The position numbers and the translations under genes are program-made. A stretch of DNA of 63,426 nt, filler included. It is 8 parts of 8 records of this genome, joined end to end, with 100 filler letters (N's around TTAATTAATTAA, not from the genome) between each part and the next. Parts side by side here need not be neighbours in the genome. Positions count along the whole stretch, not along the records: positions 1 to 6,955 come from SRR31156797_36977; positions 7,056 to 13,297 come from SRR31156797_36985; 6 more parts are not named here. One strand, 5' to 3'. Below are positions 1-10,320 of this stretch, one piece after another. The notes below the pieces were generated by a model. It made no database searches. It worked only from the letters and a program-made list of their open reading frames with translations, and had not been told where the DNA came from. The stretch's first letter is position 1. Each line of letters opens with the position of its first letter.

Positions 1-2262
1 TTACAGGGAATTGCTCCTGAAGACAAAGAAAGAGCCAAAAATATAATTCATAATATTAGTCAGGAAAAAACAAAAGGAAATCCTGAATATCTGGCTATCC
101 GAAAAGATGGAAGTACTTTCCCAATTTTAATCTATTCAAGTATAATCTACAAAAAAAATGAGCCTATTGGATTGCGTGGGGTTATAATTAACATTACCCA
201 GCAAAAAGAAGCTGAACAAGCCTTACGTGAAAATGAACAAAAATTAAGACTAATTATTAATAACTCTCCGGTTGGTGTTAGCACAACCGATCTTAAAGGT
301 CGTTTTGTTGATGTAAATCCAGCCCTCTGCAAAATAACAGGATACACAAAAGAAGAGATGATTCATAAACATTTTAACGAATTCTCTCACCCCGACGATA
401 AAGCAATAAACAGTAAAAAGTTTGAAAATCTTGTAATCGGCAAAATTCCATACTTTAAATTGGAAAAAAGATACATCCATAAAAACGGAAATATTATATC
501 AGTACTTATACAATCTCAGCTCATTAACGACCACCAAGGAAATCCTCTCTTTCAAACAGCTGTTGTTGAAGACATTACAGAACAAAAACGAGCCGAACAA
601 ATTCAAAAAGTACTTTATAACATTTCAAATGCAATAGTAACATCAGTCGATTTGGAAAAACTTATCGGATTAATTCGAATTGAACTTGGTACAATTATCG
701 ATACAACAAACTTCTTTGTTGCACTCTACGATGAAAAAACTGATATTATTTCGCTCCCGTTTTTTGCCGATGAAAAAGATAATCATTCCAGTATCCCAAA
801 AGGGAAATCATTAACCAAATACGTAATTGAAACAGAAAATTCGTTGTTGGCAAACATCGATTTAAAGAAAAAACTACATAAACAGGGAAAACTGGATTAC
901 ATTGGGAGCCTGTCGAAAGTTTGGCTTGGCGTACCATTAAAAACAGAAGGAAAAGTGACGGGTGTACTGGCTATACAAAGTTATAAAGATGAAAATGCAT
1001 TTACAGAATCGGATGTAAAAATGCTTGAATTTGTTTCCGAACAGATTAGTATTTCCATTCAGCGCAAAAAAGCAGAAACCGATTTAAAAAGAGCATTAGA
1101 TAAAGCCAACGAATCGGACCGGTTGAAATCATCGTTTTTAGCTACTATTTCGCACGAGTTGCGAACACCGCTAAATGCAATTATTGGTTTCTCCGAATTC
1201 CTCGATAAGAACCTTTCTTCTCCTGATGTAGAAAAATTTGGACAAATAATTAATTCAAGTGGTAATCACCTGCTTAGTATTGTTAACGATTTATTTGACA
1301 TTACTCTTATAGAATCGGGAGAAACCAAAATAAAAAAAGAGAATGTCAAAATAAAACTGGTGCTCCAGGAAGTTTTTAGTGTAATTGAAAACTACAATGC
1401 CCGAAAAGATATTTCGGGAGTTGATTTCAAACTCATTGCTCCCCCGGAATACAATGATCTGATAATAAAAACCGATTCAAATAAATTAAAACAAATACTT
1501 ATTAACCTTTTAAAAAACGCATTTAAGTTTACAGAGAAAGGTTCGATAAATTATGGCTTCGATGTTATTGAAGAAAATAACAAAATGTTCCTGCGCTTTT
1601 TTGTTATAGATACCGGAATTGGAATCTCAAAAGATAAACAGGAACTAATATTTGATATTTTCAGGCAGGCCGAAGATTCAAATAAACGACGGTTTGGTGG
1701 AACAGGAATTGGATTATCGGTTGCTAAACGGTTAACAGAATTACTGGGCGGAAAAATATGGCTTAAATCAGAAATTGATAAAGGAAGTATTTTCTATTTT
1801 ACAATTCCTGCTGAAAAAACCAAAATTAAACCCAAAACTATTGTACAACACGACAACATTATAACCAATAAAAACAATTTGGTTTTGGTTGCCGAAGATG
1901 ACGATTCAAGCTATGTCTACCTAAAAACCGTTTTAAACAAATTTGGTTTTGAAAGCATAAGAGCAATAAATGGAAAAGAAGCCATTGATATTTGTACTAA
2001 AAATCCGGAAATAAATCTGATACTAATGGATATTAATATGCCGGTTATGAATGGTTATGATGCCACAAAAATTATAAAAGCAAAATTTCCGCAAATTTCA
2101 ATTATCGCACAAACAGCATATGCTGTTGCCGGCGATCGCGAAAAAGTATTTGAAGCTGGTTGCGATGAGTATATTTCAAAACCAATTCAACAAGAGGTTC
2201 TTATGGATAAAATTGAAAAAATTTATGCACGTAATAACTCCAATGGTTTTATAAAAACTTAA
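1..2262 (+). CDS. Hybrid sensor histidine kinase/response regulator (PAS-PAS-GAF-HisKA-HATPase-REC), 5'-truncated
   Basis: Frame is open back to base 1 (LQGIAPEDKERA...RKDGSTFP, PAS-like). H-box SHELRTPLNAI, N-box QILINLLKNAFKFT, G-boxes DTGIGI and GGTGIGL, receiver DINMP and SKP. Confidence 0.95.
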   Translation, partial: LQGIAPEDKERAKNIIHNISQEKTKGNPEYLAIRKDGSTFPILIYSSIIYKKNEPIGLRGVIINITQQKEAEQALRENEQKLRLIINNSPVGVSTTDLKGRFVDVNPALCKITGYTKEEMIHKHFNEFSHPDDKAINSKKFENLVIGKIPYFKLEKRYIHKNGNIISVLIQSQLINDHQGNPLFQTAVVEDITEQKRAEQIQKVLYNISNAIVTSVDLEKLIGLIRIELGTIIDTTNFFVALYDEKTDIISLPFFADEKDNHSSIPKGKSLTKYVIETENSLLANIDLKKKLHKQGKLDYIGSLSKVWLGVPLKTEGKVTGVLAIQSYKDENAFTESDVKMLEFVSEQISISIQRKKAETDLKRALDKANESDRLKSSFLATISHELRTPLNAIIGFSEFLDKNLSSPDVEKFGQIINSSGNHLLSIVNDLFDITLIESGETKIKKENVKIKLVLQEVFSVIENYNARKDISGVDFKLIAPPEYNDLIIKTDSNKLKQILINLLKNAFKFTEKGSINYGFDVIEENNKMFLRFFVIDTGIGISKDKQELIFDIFRQAEDSNKRRFGGTGIGLSVAKRLTELLGGKIWLKSEIDKGSIFYFTIPAEKTKIKPKTIVQHDNIITNKNNLVLVAEDDDSSYVYLKTVLNKFGFESIRAINGKEAIDICTKNPEINLILMDINMPVMNGYDATKIIKAKFPQISIIAQTAYAVAGDREKVFEAGCDEYISKPIQQEVLMDKIEKIYARNNSNGFIKT

Positions 2263-2403
2263 CTGTTTTTTTCAATTTATAAATTAATACTTGATTCAAA
2301 TAATCTGGTTTTACCCCCGTAAATTGAGTTTAAAAAACACTCAACTCTTTTCATAATATCTTCCTCACATTTGTAAAAAATCATTTTTTTTGATTCATAC
2401 CTT

Positions 2404-2432
2404 TTTGAACAAAAGTTTTTTTAATATATTTG
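2404..2432 (+). promoter_or_regulatory. Bacteroidota-type primary sigma promoter (TTTG...TAnnTTTG)
   Basis: TTTG at 2404-2407 and TATATTTG at 2425-2432, upstream of the 2552 operon. Confidence 0.5.
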
Positions 2433-2551
2433 ACTTGCAGTTTACGACAAACTACAAAAAAGCCTGAAGTTGCTTTTTAATAACACATTACGCACAAAAC
2501 CCTGAAGGCAATAAGATTTTGTAAATATGCAAAATACTACAACAAAAAACC

Positions 2552-3661
2552 ATGAAAAAGATTATTGCCAGATATTTAATTGTTCTGTTTTTTTTACCTT
2601 TTTATTTAAGCTGCGAGAAAGAAGAAGAAATTCAAAAAAATCCAATAGAAATAAACGCAACTATAACTCACCCGGAAAATTATGGCGAGAATACTGGCGC
2701 AATAGATATAACAGTAACCGGCGGAACGTCTCCCTTTTCTTTTATATGGTCGAATAACGCAATAACTGAAGACATCGAAAATATACCTGCAGGAACATAT
2801 TATGTGGTTGTAACAGATAGCAGAATGCAGATAAAAACCGACACATTCGAAGTAACGCAGCCCAATCCAATTCCGTTAATCATTTCACTGGAAACTGAAA
2901 ATCCCACAGAAACCGGATCTGCAGACGGTAAAATTCAAGTTACACTGAATGGAGGAATTCCCCCATTTTCATTTAACTGGTCGAATGGAGAGACAACCCA
3001 AAATCTTGAAAATATTACGGCAGGCTCATATATACTTACAATCACAGACAATTCAAATCAATCCCTTACCGATACTATTTCATTATTCGATAAGTTAATC
3101 GATATAGAAGGGAATAAATATGCAACCATTAAAATAGGGGAGCAAATCTGGATGAAAGAAAACTTGAAGGTTACACTTTCTGCCGATAGCACTCAGGTTG
3201 AAAGTTCAATTTATAATAACGACACATTAAACCTTGAATCGCATGGCAGGCTCTATTCATGGGATGCTGCAATGAATGGTTCGAGAGAAGAAAAAGCACA
3301 GGGGATTTGCCCAAATGGCTGGCATATTCCCAGCGACGAAGAAATAAAAATTCTTGAAATTACTTTGGGAATGACTCGTCAGGAGGCCGACATAAGTAAC
3401 AACTGGAGAGGAGAACAAATAGGAACGCAGTTAAAAATAAATGGCACTTCGGGTTTTGACGTAACGCTCTCCGGCAGATGTTCCGGCACCGGGAGTTTCA
3501 GCTTCATCGACCGGGTTGGTTATTTATGGACCTCTTCAGAAAGCAGCGACAATTATGCGTGGCGACGTTGTTTGGACAAATATGCAAGCGATGTTGGCCG
3601 GTATAACACTTTCCCAAAAAGTTACGGCTTTTCAATTCGATGTATCAAAAACGACGATTAA
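2552..3661 (+). CDS. Lipoprotein with two SprB-like repeats and C-terminal FISUMP (Fibrobacter succinogenes major paralogous) domain
   Basis: Lipobox YLSC. Repeats GGTSPFSFIWSN..TEDIENIPAGTY and GGIPPFSFNWSNGETTQNLENITAGSY. FISUMP motifs IGEQIWMKENL, GRLYSW, GICPNGWHIPS, GFSIRCIK. Confidence 0.85.
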   Translation: MKKIIARYLIVLFFLPFYLSCEKEEEIQKNPIEINATITHPENYGENTGAIDITVTGGTSPFSFIWSNNAITEDIENIPAGTYYVVVTDSRMQIKTDTFEVTQPNPIPLIISLETENPTETGSADGKIQVTLNGGIPPFSFNWSNGETTQNLENITAGSYILTITDNSNQSLTDTISLFDKLIDIEGNKYATIKIGEQIWMKENLKVTLSADSTQVESSIYNNDTLNLESHGRLYSWDAAMNGSREEKAQGICPNGWHIPSDEEIKILEITLGMTRQEADISNNWRGEQIGTQLKINGTSGFDVTLSGRCSGTGSFSFIDRVGYLWTSSESSDNYAWRRCLDKYASDVGRYNTFPKSYGFSIRCIKNDD

Positions 3662-3674
3662 AACATGTTCTGAA

Positions 3675-4022
3675 ATGAAAAAAATATTTCCTTCATTCCT
3701 TTTGCTCTGTTTTCTAATCTGCCAATGCAGTAAAGAAAAGGATGAAATTGAACCAACCCAGGATTTAATTTATACTTCATTAATTGCAGAAAAAGACACA
3801 CTATTGCCCGGCGAGGATACTAAAATCAGAGCAACAGCAAACGGCAGCAACCTCAATTATTTTTGGTCGGCCACAAAAGGCGACATATTAGGTTCGGGAG
3901 TAGAAGTAACTTATGCTTCTTCGCCCTGTCATATTGGAATAAATCAAATAACCTGTAAAATAACCGATGCAAATAATCAATCCGATTCAAAGACCATTGA
4001 CATTGTTGTTCTTGAAGAATAA
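3675..4022 (+). CDS. Small Ig/PKD-like lipoprotein
   Basis: Start reassigned to MKKIFPSFLLLCFLICQC (lipoprotein signal). LNYFWSATKG and ITCKITD resemble PKD strands. Confidence 0.65.
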   Translation: MKKIFPSFLLLCFLICQCSKEKDEIEPTQDLIYTSLIAEKDTLLPGEDTKIRATANGSNLNYFWSATKGDILGSGVEVTYASSPCHIGINQITCKITDANNQSDSKTIDIVVLEE

Positions 4023-4941
4023 TATTATCCTGTTACTACTTCTGTTCAGTGTTTCAACAACACAAGCACAGTGCCTTTCTTCTGTAAATCCGGTAGGTGG
4101 AACCAACAATTTACTAGTTCTTGAGAAAAATTCGTTGCGGGTTATTTCATTCTATAAATACGGGCAGGGTTCACAATATTTTGAAAAAACCAAACATTCC
4201 GATTTCGACTTAATTAGTAAAGCATACTATAATTATCTTTCAACGGTTTTAGGGTATGGACTAACCAACAAGTTTACCGTTGAACTCGAAACGGGTTATT
4301 TTTTTAATAAAACACAAATTTATGATCTTGACCCTCAATACGAATTAACCGGTAAGGGATTATCGAATTTTGTAATAATGGGAAAACACAGCATATTCTC
4401 TGAACCCGTAAAACGAATTTATATTACCGGAGCAGCCGGGATTAAAATCCCATCTTCCAGAAATCCACAACTGGTAAACAATGTTGAAATCCCGGTTGAA
4501 GTGCAACCAACTATCGGAGCTTTTGGATTTGTTTTTAATGCTTCTTTTATAAAAGAAAATTCGGAAACAGGAATGCGATATTTCCTAATCTCGAGAATGG
4601 AAACAAACACGGCAAATAAAAATAATTACAAACTGGGAAATTCATTTTTTAATTCATTCTATATTTCAAAGCACTTGATGTTTCCCTGGCTTAAAGGAGA
4701 CTGGACAACCATTTTGCAACTAAGAAATGAAGTCAGAACTTACGATACTTTCAACAATGTAAAAAAAGAATCTTCGGGAAGTACCTTGTTTTTTCTGGCT
4801 CCTCAACTTAATTATGTATACAAAGAAGAATGGAATCTTTCGGGCATGATTGATATCCCGGTTTATCAAAATTTTAAGGGAACTCAACTTGGGGCAGGAT
4901 CAGGTATTACATTCATTCTGTCTAAAACATTTCGGTTATAA
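3967..4941 (+). CDS. Putative outer-membrane beta-barrel ('transporter' family)
   Basis: Signal peptide ending AQA-QC, amphipathic beta strands, G(L)SN motif, GIKIP, IDIPVYQ, C-terminal aromatic (TFRL). Start position uncertain. Confidence 0.6.
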   Translation: MQIINPIQRPLTLLFLKNNIILLLLLFSVSTTQAQCLSSVNPVGGTNNLLVLEKNSLRVISFYKYGQGSQYFEKTKHSDFDLISKAYYNYLSTVLGYGLTNKFTVELETGYFFNKTQIYDLDPQYELTGKGLSNFVIMGKHSIFSEPVKRIYITGAAGIKIPSSRNPQLVNNVEIPVEVQPTIGAFGFVFNASFIKENSETGMRYFLISRMETNTANKNNYKLGNSFFNSFYISKHLMFPWLKGDWTTILQLRNEVRTYDTFNNVKKESSGSTLFFLAPQLNYVYKEEWNLSGMIDIPVYQNFKGTQLGAGSGITFILSKTFRL

Positions 4942-5069
4942 GAAAAACGAAAAAAACACTAAATCCTTTCTTCCATCGATGTTTTAAGGCATTTCAACAA
5001 AAAAATCACATCCTCCACATCAAATTATATTAAATTTATTCTGAATGTTTAAACTAAATTTCTCAGAAT

Positions 5070-6212
5070 ATGAAAACAGCAATTTGGTTTCTCCTTATTG
5101 GCATTCTGGTTGCCAGCTGCAATCCCATTTTACAACCCGTCAAACAACGTAATCTTACAATTCTTCATTTAAAAGGAAATGCTTACGAACGTGGATTTAT
5201 ACATGGAGAAAATTTGCAAAATCAAATCGACACAATTATTTCACGCTGGAGAAAAGAGGTGGAGAATAACTTCAATACCAATTTTGAAAAAGTAATTCAT
5301 TCCTTTTTTGAAAAAACAACCATGCACGATACCATAAAAAAATATTCTCCCGATTTATTGGAAGAAATCCGTGGAATTGCTGATGGCTCGAAACAATCTT
5401 ATGAAATAATACTTGCACTGCAAATGAGCGAAGAGATAGAAATTGCAGGTGATTATCTTTTTTCGGCAAAATGCACTTCTATTGGTTCTGCAAAAACGAT
5501 AAATCAGCCAACAATAGTTGCTCAAAACATGGATCCACCTCTTTTTATACATGGTTTCCCAACTTTGCTTCACATTATAAATTCAAATGAAGAAAGTTAT
5601 ATTTTTACTTTCCCGGGATTTATTGGTTTATGTGGAATGAGTAAAAAAACTGCGGTTGCCTGCAATGGAATTTCAATGCTCAATCACAGAAAAGACGGAT
5701 TGCCAGTGGCTTTTATTATGCGTTCAGTTCTTACGAAAAACAACGAACCCGAAGCGTTCAGTTTTATTAAAACAATTCCACATGCAACTCCACAATGTTA
5801 TACCATTGGGGGAATTGACTCAGTAAAATGTTTTGAATGCTCCGCAAACTCGGTTGATGAATTCTATCCCTTCGACAATAAAAATTTTACACTGCACACA
5901 AACTTTGCTAATATAAACCGCGATTTTAACCAAAACTATATCGATTTACTGGCCAAATACAACAAAACAATTGATGACCCTTATTTCTGTCCGCGTTATT
6001 TTCTGGCTTACGATAAAATAAAAGAAACAGGTTTTAACCTGGATGCAGAAAAAATAAAAGACATTTTGAGTTTGCCAGAACCAAAACTTCAACCCATTTC
6101 AAATTCAAACACTTATGGTTGCCTGGTTATGGAAATAAAAGAAAATCCGGTATTACTTATCGCTCCCGGAAAGCCAAATAAAACTGAGTTTGTAAAAATA
6201 GAGTTCAATTAA
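5070..6212 (+). CDS. C45-family autoproteolytic Ntn acyltransferase/hydrolase, lipoprotein
   Basis: Lipobox VASC. GNAYERGFIHG, EEIRGIADG, nucleophile CTS, AQNMD, HTN. Confidence 0.8.
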   Translation: MKTAIWFLLIGILVASCNPILQPVKQRNLTILHLKGNAYERGFIHGENLQNQIDTIISRWRKEVENNFNTNFEKVIHSFFEKTTMHDTIKKYSPDLLEEIRGIADGSKQSYEIILALQMSEEIEIAGDYLFSAKCTSIGSAKTINQPTIVAQNMDPPLFIHGFPTLLHIINSNEESYIFTFPGFIGLCGMSKKTAVACNGISMLNHRKDGLPVAFIMRSVLTKNNEPEAFSFIKTIPHATPQCYTIGGIDSVKCFECSANSVDEFYPFDNKNFTLHTNFANINRDFNQNYIDLLAKYNKTIDDPYFCPRYFLAYDKIKETGFNLDAEKIKDILSLPEPKLQPISNSNTYGCLVMEIKENPVLLIAPGKPNKTEFVKIEFN

Positions 6213-6304
6213 AAATATTTAAACTTGTTCTTTATCGCGCTGTTTAACTGTTGTGTTCGACCCGAAGAAAGTTTATTATATTATTTTTATCGAAAAATTA
6301 CATT

Positions 6305-6955
6305 ATGCAACCAACAGTTTCCAAAATAACAACATTACAAGAAAATATTTCAACTGCAATTCTTTTTGATTCTACCGACCAGTTTTCACTCTCTTTTCTT
6401 AATAAGAACGAGAAAGAATATATTGAAGAAAAACTAAAGAAAAACGACGATTGTACAGTATACCAACATCCCATTTTCCATTTTTTTGGAAAAATAAAAA
6501 AAGACGCTGAAAACTACATCCAAAAAGAATCGGCCCGAATTGCCGGCGCCAAACTTTATGGTCTTTTGAAAGCTGAGAATATCAAATCCGTTCAGTTAAT
6601 GAATTTTAGCAATCCCGAATTTATGATTGCATTTCTAGAAGGTCTTTTACTTAGCAGTTATTCCTTTGCAAAATACAAGAAAGAAAAAGATGTATATATT
6701 CCAAAAGAGATTTTAATCTTCGACAAAGAAACCGACAACCAACAATTAAAAGAGATACAACAGTTGGTGCAAGCTGTATTTTATGGCCGCGATTTAGTAA
6801 ACGAACCCCTCTCTTTTTTAACAGCTACACAATTCTCTGCTGAAATTGAGAAACTTAGCACCGAAGCCGGATTTTCTTTAGAAATATTTACAAAACAAAA
6901 AATAGAGTCACTTAAAATGGGTGGCTTGCTGGCAGTTAACAAAGGAAGTATCGAT
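6305..6955 (+). CDS. pepA: Leucyl aminopeptidase (M17), 3'-truncated by gap
   Basis: EGLLLSSYSF.KYK, RDLVNEP, MGGLLAVNKGS. Confidence 0.88.
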
Positions 6956-7055
6956 NNNNNNNNNNNNNNNNNNNNNNNNNNNNNNNNNNNNNNNNNNNNT
7001 TAATTAATTAANNNNNNNNNNNNNNNNNNNNNNNNNNNNNNNNNNNNNNNNNNNN
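6956..7055. other. Artificial contig spacer
   Basis: 44 N + TTAATTAATTAA (stops in all frames) + 44 N. Confidence 0.99.
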
Positions 7056-7124
7056 CAGGTCGCCGAAACTCTTGGTAAGCCCCTTAACCTCGACCTTAAC
7101 ATCGTTATAAGTTTGAGCACTCAA
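7056..7124 (-). CDS. ABC transporter ATP-binding protein, N-terminal fragment (truncated by gap; not in ORF track)
   Basis: Manual translation MSAQTYNDVKVEVKGLTKSFGDL from a TTG preceded by RBS CAGGAGA. Confidence 0.7.
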
Positions 7125-7262
7125 ACCGTATCTCCTGAATTATCGTCCCAAACGGTCCGGGTTTGGAACCGGAATAGAGGTTTTTAGCCGGCGCCTGTTT
7201 GCCGATTTCTCGCTTAGTTTTTTGGATTAAATAAATTCTTCCAAACAAGCGCCGATTATTAG

Positions 7263-8615
7263 TTAGCCTGTGTATTCCTCGTCCGTAATCACCAAAGCCC
7301 GATCAATTACGTCCATGGCGTGGTCTATTTGGTCCTTGGTGATGATCAACGGCGGAGCCATCACCAGCACGCTGGCCGCGCCGGCCATCAGGTACACGCC
7401 CTCTTCCATTATTTTGGCCAGAACCCGGTTTTTAGCCGTCGGCGGGGCGGGCGGCTCCTGGAGAGCTTCGTGAACCGGTTCCCTGGTTTTACGATCCTTG
7501 ACCAACTCCAACCCGCAGAACAGACCCTTGCCGCGGACGTCGCCCACGCTCGGGTGCTTCTCCTTGAGTTCCAGTAATTTCACCATCAGGTAGTCGCCCA
7601 TCTCGGCCGAACGGGCAATCAGGTTTTCTTTTTTATATGTTTCTATGGTTGCGGCGCAGGCGGCCATGGCCACTGCATGCCCGGAATAAGTATGTCCATG
7701 GAGAAACGGCGTGGAATCGAACTTGTCGGCGACCCATTTACGTATGCAGGTCGCTCCCAGCGGTACATAACCTGAATTGATCCCCTTGGCCATGGTCATG
7801 ATGTCCGCCACAACGCCATAGTGTTCCATCGCGAACCATTTACCCGTCCTACCGAAGCCGGTCATAACTTCGTCGGCAATCAGCAAAACTTCATACTTGT
7901 CGCAAATCTCCCGGACCATGGGCCAATATTCATCGGGCGGCGTGATGATGCCGCCGGCGCCGAAAATCGGCTCTCCAATAAAAGCGGCAACTCGCCTGCC
8001 CCCGCCTTCGTGCCTTATGACGTCTTCGACATGTTTGGCGCACTGTATATCGCAGGAAGGATATTCGACTCCAAAGGGGCAGCGGTAGCAGTACGGCGGC
8101 ATAATGTGAATCGAACCCGGCACCGCGGGTTCGTACGACCAGTTCCGGAAGTCGCCGCTGCAGGACATGGCCCCGTAAGTGGAACCGTGATAAGACCTGT
8201 ACCGAGATATAATCTTGTCTTTACCCGTCATGATGCGGGCAGCTTTTACAGCCCCTTCCACGGCTTCGGTCCCGCCCGGAGTAAAAAAGACCTTGGACAA
8301 ATCACCGGGCGCCACTTCTGCAATCAATTTCCCGGCCATGGCCCGGGGTGCGGTGGTAAACTGGGAGTTAACACAGGGAATCCGTGCGGCCTGCTCACTT
8401 ATGGCGCTTATGACCGGTTCGCAGGAATGCCCCAAGTTGCTGAAAACAAACTGGGAAGTAAGGTCTAAATATTCCTTGCCGTTAGAGTCGTAAAAGCAGG
8501 CCCCCTCGCCCCGTTCGACTACCAGGGGCTTAAATCCACCCTGAACGATCCAAGGCGTTAGTACATGATCTTTTTCATATTCCAGTATCGTTTGGACATC
8601 CATATTATCAAACAT
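7263..8615 (-). CDS. Class III PLP aminotransferase (omega-amine/taurine-type family)
   Basis: SYHGST, LIADEVMTGFGRTG, AKG (PLP lysine), HGHTYSGH, VRGKGL. Start at MFDNMD after RBS CAGGAGG. Confidence 0.92.
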   Translation of the reverse strand: MFDNMDVQTILEYEKDHVLTPWIVQGGFKPLVVERGEGACFYDSNGKEYLDLTSQFVFSNLGHSCEPVISAISEQAARIPCVNSQFTTAPRAMAGKLIAEVAPGDLSKVFFTPGGTEAVEGAVKAARIMTGKDKIISRYRSYHGSTYGAMSCSGDFRNWSYEPAVPGSIHIMPPYCYRCPFGVEYPSCDIQCAKHVEDVIRHEGGGRRVAAFIGEPIFGAGGIITPPDEYWPMVREICDKYEVLLIADEVMTGFGRTGKWFAMEHYGVVADIMTMAKGINSGYVPLGATCIRKWVADKFDSTPFLHGHTYSGHAVAMAACAATIETYKKENLIARSAEMGDYLMVKLLELKEKHPSVGDVRGKGLFCGLELVKDRKTREPVHEALQEPPAPPTAKNRVLAKIMEEGVYLMAGAASVLVMAPPLIITKDQIDHAMDVIDRALVITDEEYTG

Positions 8616-8775
8616 GCTTTCCTCCTGTATCTGTTCTGATAAACAGACTTGATTTGTATTCGAGCGATTTGTCATCATCAGGACCGCAATCCGGTCGAGA
8701 TATATTGATATTTTTCAAAAGCCAATTTTGTTTCCTCCCAACAGCATCTTTATGATGCTTCGACAGATTGTTATG

Positions 8776-8792
8776 AGCAAACCCAATGCCAA
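8776..8792 (-). promoter_or_regulatory. sigma54 -24/-12 promoter for aminotransferase-ABC operon
   Basis: Minus strand reads TTGGCATTGGGTTTGCT (GG-N10-GC). Confidence 0.75.
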
Positions 8793-8865
8793 AGAGCACC
8801 AACTTATTTTATTCTGTAAATTTAGATTGTTACGAGAGCCTCAATGCGCACGCTCCCAATATGGA

Positions 8866-8902
8866 AAGCCCAATATTCTGCATGATGCAAAATATTGGGC
8901 TT
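8866..8902. promoter_or_regulatory. Long palindrome, putative enhancer (UAS) for the sigma54 activator
   Basis: AAGCCCAATATTcTGCAT-G-ATGCAaAATATTGGGCTT, 75-110 bp upstream of the -24 box. Half-site repeated at 9128-9142. Confidence 0.55.
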
Positions 8903-9290
8903 GGCAATGGGATCACTGAGGTTTTCAGAAATGGATGGCCGCTTAAAACGCCTCGGCGCCCGTCTTTTTCTTGTAACTACCCTTCTTTAATAAGAATATG
9001 TTTAGACGCAGGCTGTTATAATAAGCCTGCAATAATAAGTAATCTTGAAATTTTGTAGAAAAATTGCGTGGCTTAAAGGCCGGTTTGGGAGCTAAATTTA
9101 TCTTTCAATCAGTTGCACCGCCCCAATGCCCAATATTTTGCAGAAAAGAAATGAAGGTTTGTGAAAGTCAAAGCATACATTTTGAGAGTTGGGCCGCCGT
9201 GGAGCGGATTCGGGTCTATGGGCAATAAAATTGAAACCGACACAATCAAAAATTACTGCCGCGTCGGTACCAATCTTGGTATTTATAATA

Positions 9291-10061
9291 TTAATGGGCT
9301 GTCCAGCCCGCGTCTACCAGCAGAATATGCCCCGTGACAAAATCGGAAGCTTCCGAAGCCAGGTAGACCACGGCGCCTAAAACGTCCCCCGGTTGACCTA
9401 CACGACCTAATAACATCTTACCGTCTATGATTTCCTTGTACTCGGCATCAGCGATAAAAGGTCTGGTCATAGGGGTTTCGATCACGGCCGGCGCCACAGC
9501 GTTAACATTCACGCCCAATTGTCCCCATTCCAAAGCAAGTTCCTTGGTCAACAAATTCACTCCTGCCTTGCTGGCGCAGTAAGGGGCGCGGTTGTTTATG
9601 GCCACTGTGCCGGTATCGGAGCTTATATTGATTATTTTCCCTTTTTTCTGCTCGACCATAACCCGCCCCACACTTTGACAGCAGAAAAAAACGCCGGTTA
9701 AATTTGTGTCGATAATACTCCGCCAGTTTTCCTCTGTAACCTCGAGGGCCGGTTTTGGAACATTAATACCGGCGTTGTTGACTAGAATATCGATTCGTCC
9801 GAACTCGGCGACCGCTTGATCCACTGCCGTTTTAACACTGTTAAGGTTGGTCACGTCCACCTGAACCGCCAGGGCGCGACGATCATGTTTTTTTATATCT
9901 TCTGCAACTGTCTTGAGGGCCTCAATATTCCGCCCGGTAATAACAACATCTGCACCGTAATAGGCCAGGCCTTCAGCAAGATACCGCCCGATGCCGCTGC
10001 CGGCGCCTGTGACCAGTGCGACTTCCCCTTCCAGTGAAAAACCAGGAAACTTGTTTGACAT
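9291..10061 (-). CDS. SDR oxidoreductase (gluconate 5-dehydrogenase/KduD-like family)
   Basis: TGAGSGIG, NNAG, YCASK, VTGHILLVDAG. Start moved to MSNKF after RBS GGAGA. Confidence 0.9.
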   Translation of the reverse strand: MSNKFPGFSLEGEVALVTGAGSGIGRYLAEGLAYYGADVVITGRNIEALKTVAEDIKKHDRRALAVQVDVTNLNSVKTAVDQAVAEFGRIDILVNNAGINVPKPALEVTEENWRSIIDTNLTGVFFCCQSVGRVMVEQKKGKIINISSDTGTVAINNRAPYCASKAGVNLLTKELALEWGQLGVNVNAVAPAVIETPMTRPFIADAEYKEIIDGKMLLGRVGQPGDVLGAVVYLASEASDFVTGHILLVDAGWTAH

Positions 10062-10320
10062 AATCATATCTCCAATTCTACGGCGTATCGAATCACTATG
10101 AGTTTGCGGCTCACATCCCATCGTGCTTGATTCATATTACTTACTCCATAATGAAAAAGGAAGAATAACACATTTTTCAGTCAAGGCCGTAGTTCTCATA
10201 ATTTTTGTTTTCGTTACAAATCAACTTCTCCGTCGCCAAAAGAATCGGAAAGGAATCCGACGACGGGCGGCCTCCAAGTCCTGTGTCGTTTTCAATACCA
10301 CATCTCCCACTTTCGATTAT

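Noticed and set aside
3516-3674. N-terminal extension of the 3516-4022 ORF
   Set aside because: Overlaps the FISUMP gene. The signal peptide starts at ATG 3675.
7000-7011. TTAATTAATTAA recurring seven times, suggestive of a repeat family
   Set aside because: Always centred in N-runs of fixed length, so it is an assembly linker and not biological.
9114-9133. Possible third sigma54 promoter (minus TGGGCATTGGGGCGGTGCAA)
   Set aside because: GG-to-GC spacing is not the required 10 nt.
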